A stretch of DNA of 64,000 nucleotides, taken from NCBI GenBank assembly GCA_035084275.1, contig CM068757.1:7812001-7876000 (forward strand). Direction: 5' to 3'. The notes under the pieces were generated by a model, which saw nothing but the letters and a program-made list of their open reading frames with translations, had not been told where the DNA came from and searched no databases. The stretch is from Hydrolagus colliei (lineage: Eukaryota). Below are positions 25,176-38,600 of this stretch, piece after piece (the stretch's first letter is position 1; each line of letters starts with the position of its first letter). Both the position numbers and the translations under genes were made by a program.

Positions 25176-27849
25176 AACTCCATGTGACTGACAAGGTTTG
25201 CTGTGTCATGAACAAGTAAAAGGTCTAATATAAATACAACTAGGTAGTGAATGAAGTGAATGAAAGTTATCCTTATTTTGATATACCTGACCAGCAACAA
25301 AAACTTATTTTGGTTGGGTGATAAAATGCTGGGCTTGATACTGCAATCATACATAACCGAGTAATAGGGAGTCACCAAGCATGGGAATAACTGATTGCGA
25401 TGGAATGATCCACATGGGTTACTTGTGTTAGTTTCAGAGGCGGTGAACTTGAGGCCAAATATTTGTGGGAAGGATAGATTTGTCAATATGATAGGATGAT
25501 GGATAAGGGTGAAATGCAGACAGGTATTGGTTTGGGGCCAGTCTGTGTACAATAGCAATTATGGATAAAAATGTATGAGCCCTGAAGTATCGCAGAATCC
25601 ATTCGGAGCAATTCACCTGTGACCGGCATTGTTTACTGTAGTACTTGTAAGTTCCTTTGTTTGCCTTGTTTCACGCATGAGAAATAACTGGACTCGACTT
25701 AGAAAGAGCTGACCAAACGCAAAAGGAACCTTTTGTCGATGAAGAACAATGGCTGTAGAATTTTTTTTGTTCTGTATCCATAATGGACCTATTGTAAAAT
25801 ATGGCAGAGTAACATGGCAGATTACAATATCCCGCTGCACACCTGGGTGACTGAAGACGAAAACAAACGGTTCCCATTTCTGCTTGTTAATTGCTTAAAA
25901 AGTACAGTTTATGAAACGTTTATTGAGGACAAGCTCCCCGTTATTGTCGACAATCTCCATCTCGACTCACATCCAAACATTGGTTTCTGATGTTAATGGC
26001 ACAGTCGTTTGGTGTCACTATCTAACTGATGGTGCTGTAATGTGCTAGATGATGATCTTTGGAACTACAGTTGTTCATAAATGCTAATAGTTTCACAGGA
26101 GTTACAGACTGTTTTTTGTTGAGTTCTTGGACTTGGTTGAAATATTTTGGAGGATTTCTGTGGAAATGGTCCAAAAACTGCAGAAGCTTTTCAGACAACT
26201 TTTGAAGAACTCATAGGTTATAGAGGATAATTCACCTTGTCTCTCAAATTCTTGTCTTAAACTTTAAGATTGAAGAGAACAATGGCAAACTTCAATTTAG
26301 TCATAATTTGGAAGTCAGTTGCTGCAGTTATTAAAAAGAAGCAGCTTCCAATTGCACCATCGTCCATAGTTTTGTGTCACCTTTAAACATAAGACAGAAT
26401 GGCCTTACAGGCTAAGACGTGATAGAATTCCATACCTCGCTTCATAAAATGTCATGTATGATGTTAATATTATTGATGTATCTTAACGCTTGAAATTGAG
26501 CAAATGAGAACTTCAGTTGCCTAAATATAGTTCTCTCGATTTGAATTGTTAATGTTCTGAATAAGAGGAACATGTTCAAGCATTTAAATATTTCAATTTC
26601 TGCACTTTACCATTTGTTGGAGAAAATCTGGGCACTATGACTGGATTACAAACGCTGGGCATGTTTTAAAAAACTCGAGTAGTAAATAGGAATCCGATGT
26701 CAGTCGCTTTCTGGAGATACTAATCCTTCCTCCGGCAAAACAAATGTGACCACTCAATCCATGACTGTTTGTGGGACATTGCTGTGCACAATTGGCTGCC
26801 ATATTTCACTCACAAAATTTACAACCAATCCACTTCACAGCAAATTCTGTGAAGTGCTCTGAGATTTCTCAATGACGTGATATCAAATGCAAGGATTATT
26901 ATTATTCTTCTTCTTATTATTATTATAAGTACCTTTGTTGAACATGAGCACTGAAGGCCAGCCTGACCCTAATGGTCCACTCTGAGTCAGGCTGTTCTGT
27001 TTGTTCTGTTTTTCTCTCTGTGAGAGTGTGCTAGGAGAGGCGTAGGAGGCAAACAGCCACCATTCTGTTTGTTCTGACTTAGTAACTGATAAACAAGCTA
27101 AGGAAGGTTTTCGTATGTCAGGCTGATTCTGCGCCAAGGAAAAACATTATCCCCTAGTAACCTTCTTAATAAACAAATTATAATGGTAACAGTGCAGCAC
27201 ATTACTGACCCAGCTGGGATTGCCCTACAAGTAAAGAGCCTTGGCTTGCATGGTTGAAGACCTATCTACAACTCTACATCTGCCTTGGGGTGCTGAGGAA
27301 CTGTAATTCAACTTCAGCAAGACCCCACTTGCAAATGCTGTTATAGTTTCTGACCAAGGGAGAAACGCAGGTTCATCTGGAACACTGTACATCCTTAGCC
27401 AAGAGTCTCTCTGAGCCCAGTGAAGGAGATCTGCCAAAGACAACATGGTTATATGAGCCAGGAAGTTTTATTACTGTAGTACTTAGCATAGAGGTTCCAG
27501 AAATATTGATTGCAAACAGAGTTTAGGTCATGCCATTGAAATTCACCTGAATTTTAACTTCACGCTGTTGGTCCATCAGGCCACATTCAACATTTAACCC
27601 ATCTCTGTCCAATTACTCTGATAAGGTATTCAATGGGGAAAATAAAACTGAAGGCAAAAGAGCTTTCACCTTATTGTGTGGTTCCACAAAAACAATTTTC
27701 ACATCATTCTCAACTCGCTTTGCCAAACCCTCATGGAAGACCAGGATGCCTGTCAAAGTCATTTAGTCATAAATTGAACCAAGACTTTTTTAAACTTAGA
27801 ACTCATTTGTAAAACAAATTTGGACACTTAAATGTCTACTTAGAGCTAT

Positions 27850-28200
27850 TTATGCATTGGAGCAGATTCAGGCATGTATGACGTGGATGGCACAAAGCTC
27901 TGGGATGAAACTAGGCTGACAGAATTAAACATGTTCTCATGGGAGAAAAAACATTGAAATGGGATATGATCCAGGCATTTGATATGCTGAGAGACATGGA
28001 TATGTAGATGTAGCCAGATTATTTAACTTGTACTGCGATCACAGTACAAGAGGAGTTGATTGGAAAGCCTCAAGTGAAACTAGATGTTAGGATTGCTTTC
28101 CTACAGAGAAGTAGATTTGTGGAATTGATTTGAAGCTGGTCATTGCTATACTGTACAGTATTTATTATCTTTTTTTACACACGAAAAAACTGGATGGATA
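27850..28200 (+). mobile_element. Decayed CR1 ORF2 3' fragment
   Basis: Frameshifted ALEQIQ / RLTELNMFS / GDMIQAF / STRG motifs in CR1 order. Confidence 0.65.
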
Positions 28201-28448
28201 TGAAATTAAAAACCTGGCAGACAGTTACAGTAAAGTGCACAAGTTGAATGTCAAATATGCGTAGAATGCTGCGGTACCAGAGTAATCAAAATCTGGTTTG
28301 TGTTCTTGTTGTAGATTCAATCAAACAAGTGTAGTACAGTATATCACTCCAATACTCCTCTGAGAGTGAGTAGACCATGGGCTTCCATGTTTGTAATTGG
28401 GTGATTACGGCTATGAGTTTCAAGGGATCTACAACTTATCCAACAACC

Positions 28449-28780
28449 TGGCTCAGTTGGTAGCACTCTCGCTCCTCAGTCAGATGGTTGTGGGTTTACA
28501 GTCCTACATTGAGACTTTAAACGCACAGTCAAGACTGACACTCCAGTGCAGTGCTGGGGGAGCTGTGCATTGGATGACATGGGTGCTGTCCTTTGGATGA
28601 CATGTTAATCAGTGTTCCTGTCTGCCTGCTTCCGTGGATATTAAAGATCCCACAGAGAAACAGCAGCAACGAATTGCATTTATGAAGCTCTGAAACAGTC
28701 ACTGTACAGTAAATCATGTTAAGTGTTTTGAGATTGATGACGTGATAATGTTCTATATCAAATGCGAAGATTATTATTAT
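28449..28780 (+). mobile_element. Family A (SacSINE1-like) SINE with internal deletion
   Basis: A box TGGCTCAGTTGGTAGCACTCTCGC, GACTGACACTCCAGTGCAG, TAAAGATCCC, tail TATATCAAATGCGAAGATTATTATT. Confidence 0.8.
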
Positions 28781-31700
28781 AGCAAAGGCTCGTGGATCTA
28801 AAAATATGCCGTTGTAATGAATGCAACTTTGTGTATGTCTCAGTGTGAAAATGAGAGAGATTTATGGTGGAGAAAAAACACTCGACATTTTTAATTTCAA
28901 CAAGTGCTGAAACATCTCAAGCTCATCTTTATAAAGCATATTATTCATTTTTTCAATATTCAAACCCACCTTGAATTTGTTGAGTACATAATCTCAACTA
29001 AATAATGATAGATGAAAGAAGGAAAAGGCAACACATGTGTTCAATGACCTAAAGTCTATGTAATGAGCACCAATCCTTAAATTAATATTGTACGTTGTAC
29101 TAGTCCAACACTGTGCAATACAATGTGATCCTTATCCACTTGGTGGAGCTCTTTACATTCTGTTAGGAATAGGGTGTGAGAACGCTGAATAGAGTCGATT
29201 CCCGTCAGGAGCAAATTCAATATCCTAGAAAAACTGAATTCTCCTATCAAGAATTGGTCTGTTCTGAGACTTTAGGTTGAGCCACTTTTTGGCCATACAA
29301 GATTCCTTACACCACACACCAGATAATAATCCTTCAAAAAAAAACAATAATAAACTGGTCATTTCAATCCACGACTATTTTTGTGACACTGCTGTGCGTA
29401 ATTTGCTGTGGTATCTCACCTACAAATATAGTCAATTCACTTTAAAGTGTATTCTGTGTCACGCTAGAAGATGTGAAAAGCGCTACATCAAATGCAAGGA
29501 TTATATTATTAGCAATTCTGGGCACCCTTTCTCCACATGGTGTATTAGAGGGGATTCAGAAAAGATTCTCGTACTTCACATAATGCCTTATCGTAACATT
29601 GACACATCTCAAAGTGTTTTGCATGATTTACTGCAAAATGTAGTAACCGTGTATTTTGTAGGTGAATTCAGCTGACCAATTTGCTCGCAGCAATGTTCCA
29701 GCAACAGCCGTGCAGTGAAAGTCCAATTTTATCTGGTGGAATTATTGGCCAGTGCCAAAATATAAATAAACTGCAGAATATTGCCAAAGTTTGAAAAAAT
29801 AGGAAAGAGAAAGAGGTAATGAGAGAGGAGTGCAAAGGCAACACCAGATGTGGATTTTAAAAAGCCTGAAGGGTGAAAGACCTGGATGGTAAGTTGTTTA
29901 AATTAACTTAAAGTACTGGAAAAAAAGTTACAGGAAGAAGCAATTAATCCAAGTTGTATTTAGAAAGGGAGCAAGAGGGTGATGTTGCTTAGAGGAAAAA
30001 GAGGCAAGTTCAGAGGTACAATGCTGATAGCAATACGAAAAACAATGGGAATTTTCTTTAAAGAGAAAAAAAGTTCGGAGGCTAGAGTTGAGGGAAGGAT
30101 CAATCAGTACAGTAGAGTGACAGGATTTCTTATATCTTTGCAGGAGACCAACAGGTATTGACTGAGCTTCCCACGTACAGGAGGAATATTCCAATTTTGA
30201 ATGGACTAGACTTCATGGAGACTTAAAACGTGTTGAGGACGAAATAAGTGCTTGGCATGAAAGAAAGAGGAAATCAATTATCTTGAGACAGCGTTGGTAA
30301 TGGAGAGGGCAAAAATGAATCAGCTGGAGATAACTCTTTCTTTATCAGGTTTGCTCGACTCAAATAACCTATGCAAGCAGCACAGTTATTTGTTTGCTGT
30401 TGACATAATGGAAATTGCTCCCGAGAGCAAATATCTCAACAGAACAATGTCCCGTATCAAATATAGAGTGTTGTCCAGTGTTACAAGATTGTAGACCAAG
30501 GCATTCAAGTGATGTCATGCTGGATGAGTGACACCTGAACTCTTGTATTATATTGTTCTTTTGTAATAGGCTATCTAAAGGTAGCTATTAATATTGATGA
30601 TATTTTGAATCCTCTACTTTGCCATCCACGTTTGAATCTTGTTTCATCCTCATATCAAATTGAGGTCTAATTACTCAGTGGAACAGCATTGCCTGACAGG
30701 TAGTGTGAGAGACATGTGGAGTTTATTTGTTTCCATCGCCATTTTCTTTTTCCTAGAAGTTGTACTGAACTGTCCTTCTGGAATAGGGGAAGGGGGTTCC
30801 CTTCACTTGTACCTGAATCACCATGATCCACCACATAAATAATAAATTTCCATTTAAAACAGAATGTTTTTAAACTGAGGACAGCCTTTTTTTTAACAGG
30901 CATCTACTGCTGTAAAAAGCAATCAGGAAATGGGCATAATGCTCCACAGTTTCCATTAATGATGTTACTGCATAAAGGACTTGATTGACATTTGAATTAC
31001 TCACCTAATGACTCCCATTTATTGGGATTATAATTAATAATAATGATCCTTTTATTTGACTTGGTGCCTTTCAGGTCTCAAAGCGCTTCACAGGATTTAC
31101 TGTACTGCAGTTTCCGCATATTCTGGGACAGCCAATTTGCACACAGCAACGCCTCACAAACAACTGTGAATAGAGCCATGGGATCTTCAACATCCACTTG
31201 AATAGGCAGTCAGGACCACAGTTTTATATCTCATTCTGAAGGTGTCACCGCTAACAAACTAAAACCTTGTTTTAGTCATGAGAAAACAATGTACAAAACT
31301 CTGAACATTGAACACAATCATCAAAAACTGCAGAGCACCAACAGCCTATATTCTAGAGTAGGTGAAACTCCTCCCAAAAGCAAGAAGATCAAGGAGGAAA
31401 AAACAACATTGTTGCAAAGTTAAGGCAAGCTGGATATAGTTCCCAAATTATTTATATTTATTCCTAAAGCAAAACGTACTGAAGAGATCTGCCAAGTACG
31501 GCTCATTAAGAGTATCACTCAATTATTTTGGTTTGAAGTTGCAAGAAATGTTGATATATGAGATTATAATAAACACATGCAACTATTCCTTAATGTTTAA
31601 ATCAATGGGGCATGGGGTAGGGGAATACAATTGTATTTTTTATTCCGCTGTTTGAACGCCGGGCTCCAACTTCAGGACTACAGATTGGGAGACAATCCTT

Positions 31701-32257
31701 GCAGGTTCAGATAGATTTTATTTTCTTAACATTTCATCTCAGAGCATCAACAATTTGGCCGATTGTTGAACTCAGTCTCACCTTTGAAGTCGCATTTTAT
31801 CTTGACTTCACAGGATTTACTGAACTGTAGTGACTGTATATTTTGACAGCAGACAATTTGCACACCAAAGTCCCATAAACAATGGTGAAGTGAGTGGTTA
31901 ATTTTATTTGGGGGATTGTGGGCCAAGACACTGAGAGAAACTCCCTTCTCTTCCTGAATAGGGCCGTGGGATCCTTAACATCGACTTGAACAGGCAAATT
32001 GGAGGGACCTCTACCATCTTTGTAGTTAATAACATGGCACACAAGTTTCAAGTTAGGAGTGCTTGATAAGATGGATTGACGGTAAAACAGAGTGACTGCG
32101 CGTTTTGTGGGCAGCCAACTGTGCACAGGTTTGCATCCTTGAAAAAGAACTCATGGAAGAAAAGCTGCTTCGGAATTGAGGCTGGATTTAAGAATCCGCC
32201 CAAGAATAAAAACCTCTGAAAACAAAACTGGGTGGGAATATTGTGCCTCTAATTGTG

Positions 32258-32950
32258 TAGGTGGGTAAGTGGGTGAGAGGGTGGATAGGTAAGTGGGTGG
32301 GTAATTGGGTGGGTAAGTGAGTGGGTGGATAGGTAGGTAAGCGGGTGTGTGTGGGTGAGTGAGTGGGAGAGCAGGTAAGTGGGAGAGTGCGTGGGTAAAT
32401 GAGTGAGTGGGTGGGTGGGTAGGAGAATGGGTACGTGGGTGAGTGAGTGAGCGGGAGAAGTGGGTGAGTGAATGGGTGGGTGGGAAAGTTAGTGGGAGAG
32501 TGAATGAGTGAGTGAGTGGGAGAATGGTGAGTCTGGGAGTGAGTGGGTGGGTATTTGAGTGGGTAAGTTAACGAGTGAGTGGGTGAGTGAGTATTTGAGT
32601 GGGTGGATGGGTGAATGAGTGAGTTGGTGGGTGAGTATTTGAGTGAGTGAGTGGGTGAGTAATTGAGTGGGTGAGTATTTGAGTGGGTGGGTGAGTGGGT
32701 GAGTATTTGAGTGGGTGGATGGGTGAGTGAGTGAGTTGGTGGGTGAGTATTTGAGTGAGTGAGTGAGTATGTGAGTGGGTGAGTGGGTGGGTGAGTAATT
32801 GAGTGGGTGCGTGGGTGAGTATTTGAGTGGGTGGGTGAGTATTTGAGTGAGTGGGTGGGTGAGTATTTGAGTGAGTGGGTGGGTGAGTATTTGAGTGAGT
32901 GGGTGGGTGAGTATTTGAGTGGGTGGGTGGATGATTGAGTGGGTGATTGG
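32258..32950 (+). repeat. (GGGT/GAGT)n compound microsatellite with 24-nt higher-order unit GAGTATTTGAGTGAGTGGGTGGGT
   Basis: Directly visible; accounts for the SPTH/THSL ORFs on the minus strand. Confidence 0.95.
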
Positions 32951-32984
32951 GGGGGGGAATGTTCAGCCTGTGCTGTTTCCTGAG

Positions 32985-33290
32985 AGGTTTCGAGTTGTGA
33001 CTTGGCCGCTGTCCCACAGGCGGTTTGAACCTCGGGCCGCCCCGTACAGTGAGTGGCTGCAAGTTTGGTCAGGGGTCCGGGAGCCGGGCAGAGACCCTGA
33101 CACACAGGGTCACACACAGGGTCACACACACCGGACTAGCTACAGGGTAGGGTCCGGTACTGGGTGAGTAGCCGCCGCTCGGTCTCTCTCTCTGTCTGTC
33201 TGTGTCTCTCTCTGTGTCTGTGTCTCTCCTGAGCCGAGACCGTGAGGGAGCGGGGGCTGTTACCATAGCAACCGGGACGCTGGGGATGGG
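32985..33290 (+). promoter_or_regulatory. Small CpG-island promoter and first exon of an unidentified gene
   Basis: Highest non-coding CpG density I can see in the window; donor TGG|GTGAGT at 33163/33164; strong positive G skew downstream. Confidence 0.65.
33259..33272. promoter_or_regulatory. RFX X-box
   Basis: GTTACCATAGCAAC fits GTNRCC-N(0-3)-RGYAAC and lies in the CpG-rich patch. Confidence 0.7.
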
Positions 33291-34195
33291 GGAGAGGGAG
33301 GGGGGAGGAGGGGAAGTGGGGGAGAGGCCGGGGGGGGGGGGGGGGGGGGGAAGGGAGAGGGGGGGGAAAAGAGGGGAGAGGGGGGCAGGGGAGAGGGGGG
33401 CAGGGGAGAAGAGGGGAAGAGGAGAGGGGGGTAGAGGGGAGAAGGGAGGGGGGGCAGGGGAGAGGGGAGGGGGGCCATGGGAGAGGGGGGGGAAGAGTAG
33501 AGAGGGAGGGGGGCAGGGGAGAGGGGAGGGGGCAGGGGAGAGGGGAGGGGGCAGAGGAGAGGGGGGGGGAAGAGGGGAGGGGTGCAGGGGAGGGGGGCAG
33601 GGGAGATGGGGGAGATGGACAGGACAGGGGGCAAGGTAGAGGGGAGGGGGCAGGGGCAGGGGAGAGGAGGGAGAGGGGATGGAGGAGGGAGAGGGGACAA
33701 GGTAGAGGGGGAAGGGAGAGGAAGGAGAGGGGGGCAGGGGAGAGGGGAGGGGGCAGGGGAGGGGGGGGAGGGGGCAGGGGGGGGGGAGAGGGGCAGGGGA
33801 GGGCAGGGGAGAAGGGTGGCAGGGCTAGAGGAGGGAGATTGGCAGGTGAGTGGAGGAGAGCAGGGGTGGGGGGCAGTGGAGGGGGAGCAGGCATAGGGGT
33901 GCAGGGTAACAAGGGGCCAAGGGAGAGGGAGACAGGGAAGAGGGGGAGCAGTGGGAGGGGGGAGTAGGGGAGAGGTGATAGGGAGAGTAGTAAGTGGGGA
34001 GAGGTGGGGAGCAGGGGGTAGGGGAGGGGGAGTAGGGGATAATGGGAGCAGAATTGGGAAAGAGAAGGACAAGGGGGATTGGGAGAGGGGAAGGGGGGAA
34101 AATGGGAATGAGGAGGGGGCAATGGCAGAGAGGAGGGAGAGGAGGTGGTGGGGAAGATGGGGAATGGGAGAGTGGGAGGAAAAGGAGGGAATGGG
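33280..34195 (+). repeat. G-rich polypurine low-complexity tract (GGGGCAGGGGAGA-like units)
   Basis: Nearly all G/A with many G4+ runs and a poly-G run near 33330-33350; accounts for the Pro-rich and Gly-rich ORFs. Confidence 0.95.
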
Positions 34196-35446
34196 ATTTA
34201 AAAAGATGATAACGTTTTCAGTTGCTGCCTCATTTGCGGAATCTCTCTAAATCAAGATCTATTAATTCTCTGGAAGAAAACTCCAATATGAGCTAAACCA
34301 GGCGCCACGGTTGGCTGCCACAAAATTGCTGTCCCTGCGTAGGAACGTATTGTTGATGGAGCTCATTCACTTTACGTATTCAATCAGTAGCAATTTGTGC
34401 TTCAGACAACAGGGTTTCTTTGTTCTATTTCCTGAGTAATCGGTCTGTTATTCACAGGTGTTACGGAATTCAATAAAGAATAAAAGTTTGTACAACAGTT
34501 GTATACAGAATGCAGGCATGCATGGAATTTCTCAGGCAAAGTCCTTTTATGGTCTGTTGTGTGGGGGGCGGGTGTCGCTTACAGAGAGAGGTCCGATTTC
34601 GACTTCTGATACTTGTTCTGTCAGTTTTAAGATGAATCAACTGTTTGCGATGTTAAAAAAAACCATCTAATCACCCAGTTTACACCGAAATAGGATTATA
34701 ATAATCCCTGCGATTTGATATAATGCCTTACAACGTCTCAAAGCACTTCACGGGATTCACAGTCAAATGGTTTTGAACGGGGTGTTTTGTGGGCGAAACG
34801 CGGAAGCTGGTTTGCACACAGCAATGTTCCACAAACCAGCCATGAAGTGAATGACTGATTTTATTTGGGGGATTTGTTGACCAGGGCACAGGAAGAAACT
34901 CCTTTCTCTTTTCGACTAGAGATGGGATCTATAATGTCCACCTGAACTGGCATATAGCACCTCAATTTGAAGTCTTTTTTATATATATATAATATATATA
35001 CACATGTATATTAAAAAAAACTTTAATTTTCTGGCCAACATCCATTTGCTAAAAGCTAACAGTTTTGCAGTGAAGTGACGGTAGAAATCAGAGATAACAA
35101 ATAACATTTGCTATTAGTGAAATTCAATGTGTTTTAACCAGATGCGGAATTTTATGTGCTGAATAATAGAGTATGCGTTTTTTTTAAAAAAGGACCAGAA
35201 TACCAGTTTCTCTGATCATGTCTCATGTAGCAAGACTGACCGGTCGCACGCTTGGGAAAAGGTGACCAACCACATGTGATGAGTGATGATTCATCTTCAC
35301 CATCAAGCCTGCACAATTCACCTTTGTACAAAGTACTTGTACAATTTGCCATGCCAACCGCATGGGGCTGGGTGGCTGAGTATCTCGCAGAATTCAGGTT
35401 GCGTTTTTCTCATCACAACGGTGTTTAAAATGGCACATTAAACATT

Positions 35447-35646
35447 TGACGTCACGCACCTGTAGTTCCTTGATTAGATAACTTCACACACTATTGGTAA
35501 CTATTGCTGTTGCTAAACAAATTGAAGTTGTGACCACTAACTGTAAACATGGAAACGATAAATACCACTGAGAGTTTTGAGTCCTGTGTGTGGCATACAT
35601 ACTTGTGTGGCAGTGAGCAGGACGCAGCCTCCTCTACTACGTAAGT
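35447..35646 (+). promoter_or_regulatory. Candidate alternative promoter and first exon: full CRE plus downstream donor
   Basis: TGACGTCA at 35447-35454; donor TAC|GTAAGT at 35640/35641. Confidence 0.35.
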
Positions 35647-38600
35647 AGAAATAATGACTTCTTTATAAAAGATAGCGTTTTACTCTCTACGTGCAGTATT
35701 ATTTAGAATATAAACCTGTTGTATTCTAAGGTTAAGCTGGTTTATTCATTCATAGTAACAGGAGGCAACTGAAAATGGTTTAGATTCCACTGATTTTTTT
35801 TGAACAGGTATCTTAGTTACCTTTTTGTTAGCAATATTTTAGTGTTTTAATTGCACAACTGCAAAGCTATGCCAAATGTTGGATCATTAATCATTGCTCT
35901 AAACTCCAAATGCTCGGTCAACAATTATTAAAGAAAAAGCAAATAGAATGAACCTAAGGAGACAGGGGTGTTTAAACTTAACTGTTTATAGACACAGTAG
36001 CTTTATATGATTCACAACCTATTAGTTTTTGCTGGTTGGAGATGATGTTTGGTTGGGCTACAATCGTTTGAAGGCATGTCAGGATTTGATTGCAGTTAAT
36101 AATATATTACAGTGGATGTACTGGATGCAGGTTAATAAGTGAATGGCAGAGAGGTACAAAACTGTAACTCAATCAGCAGTTCAGATGACGCACTGGAAAT
36201 GTCAACAGAACCCCAAGACTGAAATACTGCCTTGAACTCACTGACTGATTCTTTATCAAATAAAGTCTTCAAGTTTTCACAGACATACTTTTCATTCCAT
36301 CGTGATCCATATTGCCATAATTCTGTATTTTCGTAGCTGTGATTAGTTGTGATCTAGAGAGTGCCAAGTTGAAGTTGTCTATTCAACTTCAACTGACTGA
36401 AGGTTGTTTGGCCTTTTTGCATTTTGTACATTAGCTGTTGCCTTAGTTGCTGCAGAGGTTTAATGTGTCAAATCACCTCAGCACTGCAAATGATTGTGTA
36501 ATTACCTAATTATTGAATACATCCTACTATTTAGGATACAATTCTCATAAAATAAGAATTACATTGATACCGTATAGCAACTATGAAATAAACTTCTCTT
36601 GAACAATGAACTGCATACACAAAGAGACAGCAGGTGATTCAGTAACAGTTTGTGATATCTTGCAAATGGTAGCGTAGACAAGACAAGTTTAAAAATAACA
36701 AAATGTTTGACTCCTGTTTGGCTCTACCATGCCATTAATTGGATCAGAGTTTGCTGGACAAGCAAATGAGACTGAGATTTCCATTTCTGAAGATTTTTAG
36801 TTGCTTATTTATTTTACTTTTGCCGTATGAACCAAAAGTGTTTGTTAGCTACAGTTAGATGGTCAATTGGCCAAATAAAATCTTACCTCTGTACTATATG
36901 TAATCTTCAGTTCTTTCCTGTAATTGGTAGCAATTGAAGATGTAATTATTTGCTGTTTGTAAAATCATGGAAAACAGTCTAGTTTAAATTTAGGCATTTA
37001 CTTTAGGCATAAAAATGCAGTTTATACCCTGGAGGCCCAATATAATATCTAAATTAAAAGGAATGCAAGGGACCCACTTTAAAACTCTCTTCAATTATAT
37101 TATTATTCTGTTTGCTTATTGAATGGGTCTAACATGGACCTGTGTTAACTGGAAGTCTGGTACACCCAAATTGTGGCAAAAGTATTGGAGCAAATCAAGG
37201 TGCTGTTATGGGTATTCTCTGTATCTAGCATAGTAAAGTTCTAATAATTTCGGTACCTATGCATGTATAAGCCCTCACAGAGTTTTGTTCGTTGGAAGAT
37301 GACATCTGTGAAAGTCATTATGTCCAATAGATTAGTGGCCATCAAAGGGATATTAGCAGATGTTAAGTAAGGACTGCAGCGTAGCAATTGTTTATTGTTT
37401 GCTGGTAAACTCACATAGTTATTTCAAACGCAAGTGATTTAACTGCATGTTAGAGCAGTTAAGTGACATCAGAAATCAGATTTAAAGAAGCCATTTGTTA
37501 GAAGTATTAACCAAATGTGGAATTTGATGTGCTGAATAAAAGAGTATTAATTTTTTTAAAAAGATGAGAATGCCAGCTAACTGAGGGTAGCCTTTTATTC
37601 TGGGTAAACATGAAAACCCTAATACAACTGAACATGAAGTCACTGCCTTCAGCACTTTGCAGAAACAACAACAAATTCATATACCTCAGGTAATGAGTAC
37701 AGAAAGATAAGAACTTGAAGAAAGCTTCCTGCCGCTGGTCATTTCTTAAGCTATCTGCCAGCTACTTAAGTTTTAGTATAGAACTGTTCTCTTAGCAACA
37801 GAGCAAGGCTTAGATGGCAGGAGATGCAGATTAAGGCTTTCTGTGGGGGCTGATTAAGGAGGACTGCTTCACAAGTAGAAAAGGAGACCTGTGGCTGACT
37901 ACAGGTTGTGTTCAAAACATATTTATATTCTCGTTACCTGATCATTTAGCATGTAATTTATTGCCTTTCACTCCTGAGGTGGACTTTTGAACTGCATGCC
38001 TGCCTTTAAAGGTTGTCTCTGTTGAGCTGAGCAACACGTTTTTGCTGGATCTACCTCAAGTTCAATACGTCCTTCTCCTGCAGTACATTGTGGTACATTC
38101 TTTACTGGTTAGTAGATAAAGTACCTTTTGAGTAAGGTCAGGGAAGAACCTTGCCCATTCCCTGTACTGAACAAAATGTAATCTTTGCATAAATAGTTGA
38201 CCGATTGTACCCAACAAGCTGTGAGAAGGTACAGGGCAATTGTTCTTTTTAAGTATCATAAATGATCCAAAGGTTTCCATTAACCACTTAAGACTGCCAA
38301 TTGTACTAGAAGCAAACGTACACTGTACTCAGACTGGATGGGCTTTGAGAAAAATGTAGCTCTAGTCGTCCATTGCAATTACGGTAAGTTTTATTCAGGA
38401 TTTTCTTTCTTTCAGGAACTGGTAGCAACCTTTGCAATTTTGCAACAGACTTTGAAACTTGTGTAGTATAGTTAGCTCTGGAGTTAGCTTTTTTAGTTTT
38501 GTGCCATCAGAATTGGTTCTTTGTATGTGAATGCTTATAGTAGAGAGATGCATGAGTTGGACATGCATCTTCCACATTTTTAAAAAAGATGGAACTATAA

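Noticed and set aside
25618-25752. Possible minus-strand exon (IVLHRQKVPFAFGQ...)
   Set aside because: A-rich acceptor region, no partner exons, no recognisable protein.
32560-32920. Recurring GAGTATTTGAGT unit that looks like a CRISPR-style array
   Set aside because: The spacers are themselves GAGT/GGGT microsatellite; eukaryotic DNA with no cas genes.
32188-34250. Long Pro/His/Thr-rich and Gly-rich ORFs (313, 328, 270 aa and others)
   Set aside because: Translations of simple repeats with few stop codons; open in several frames on both strands.
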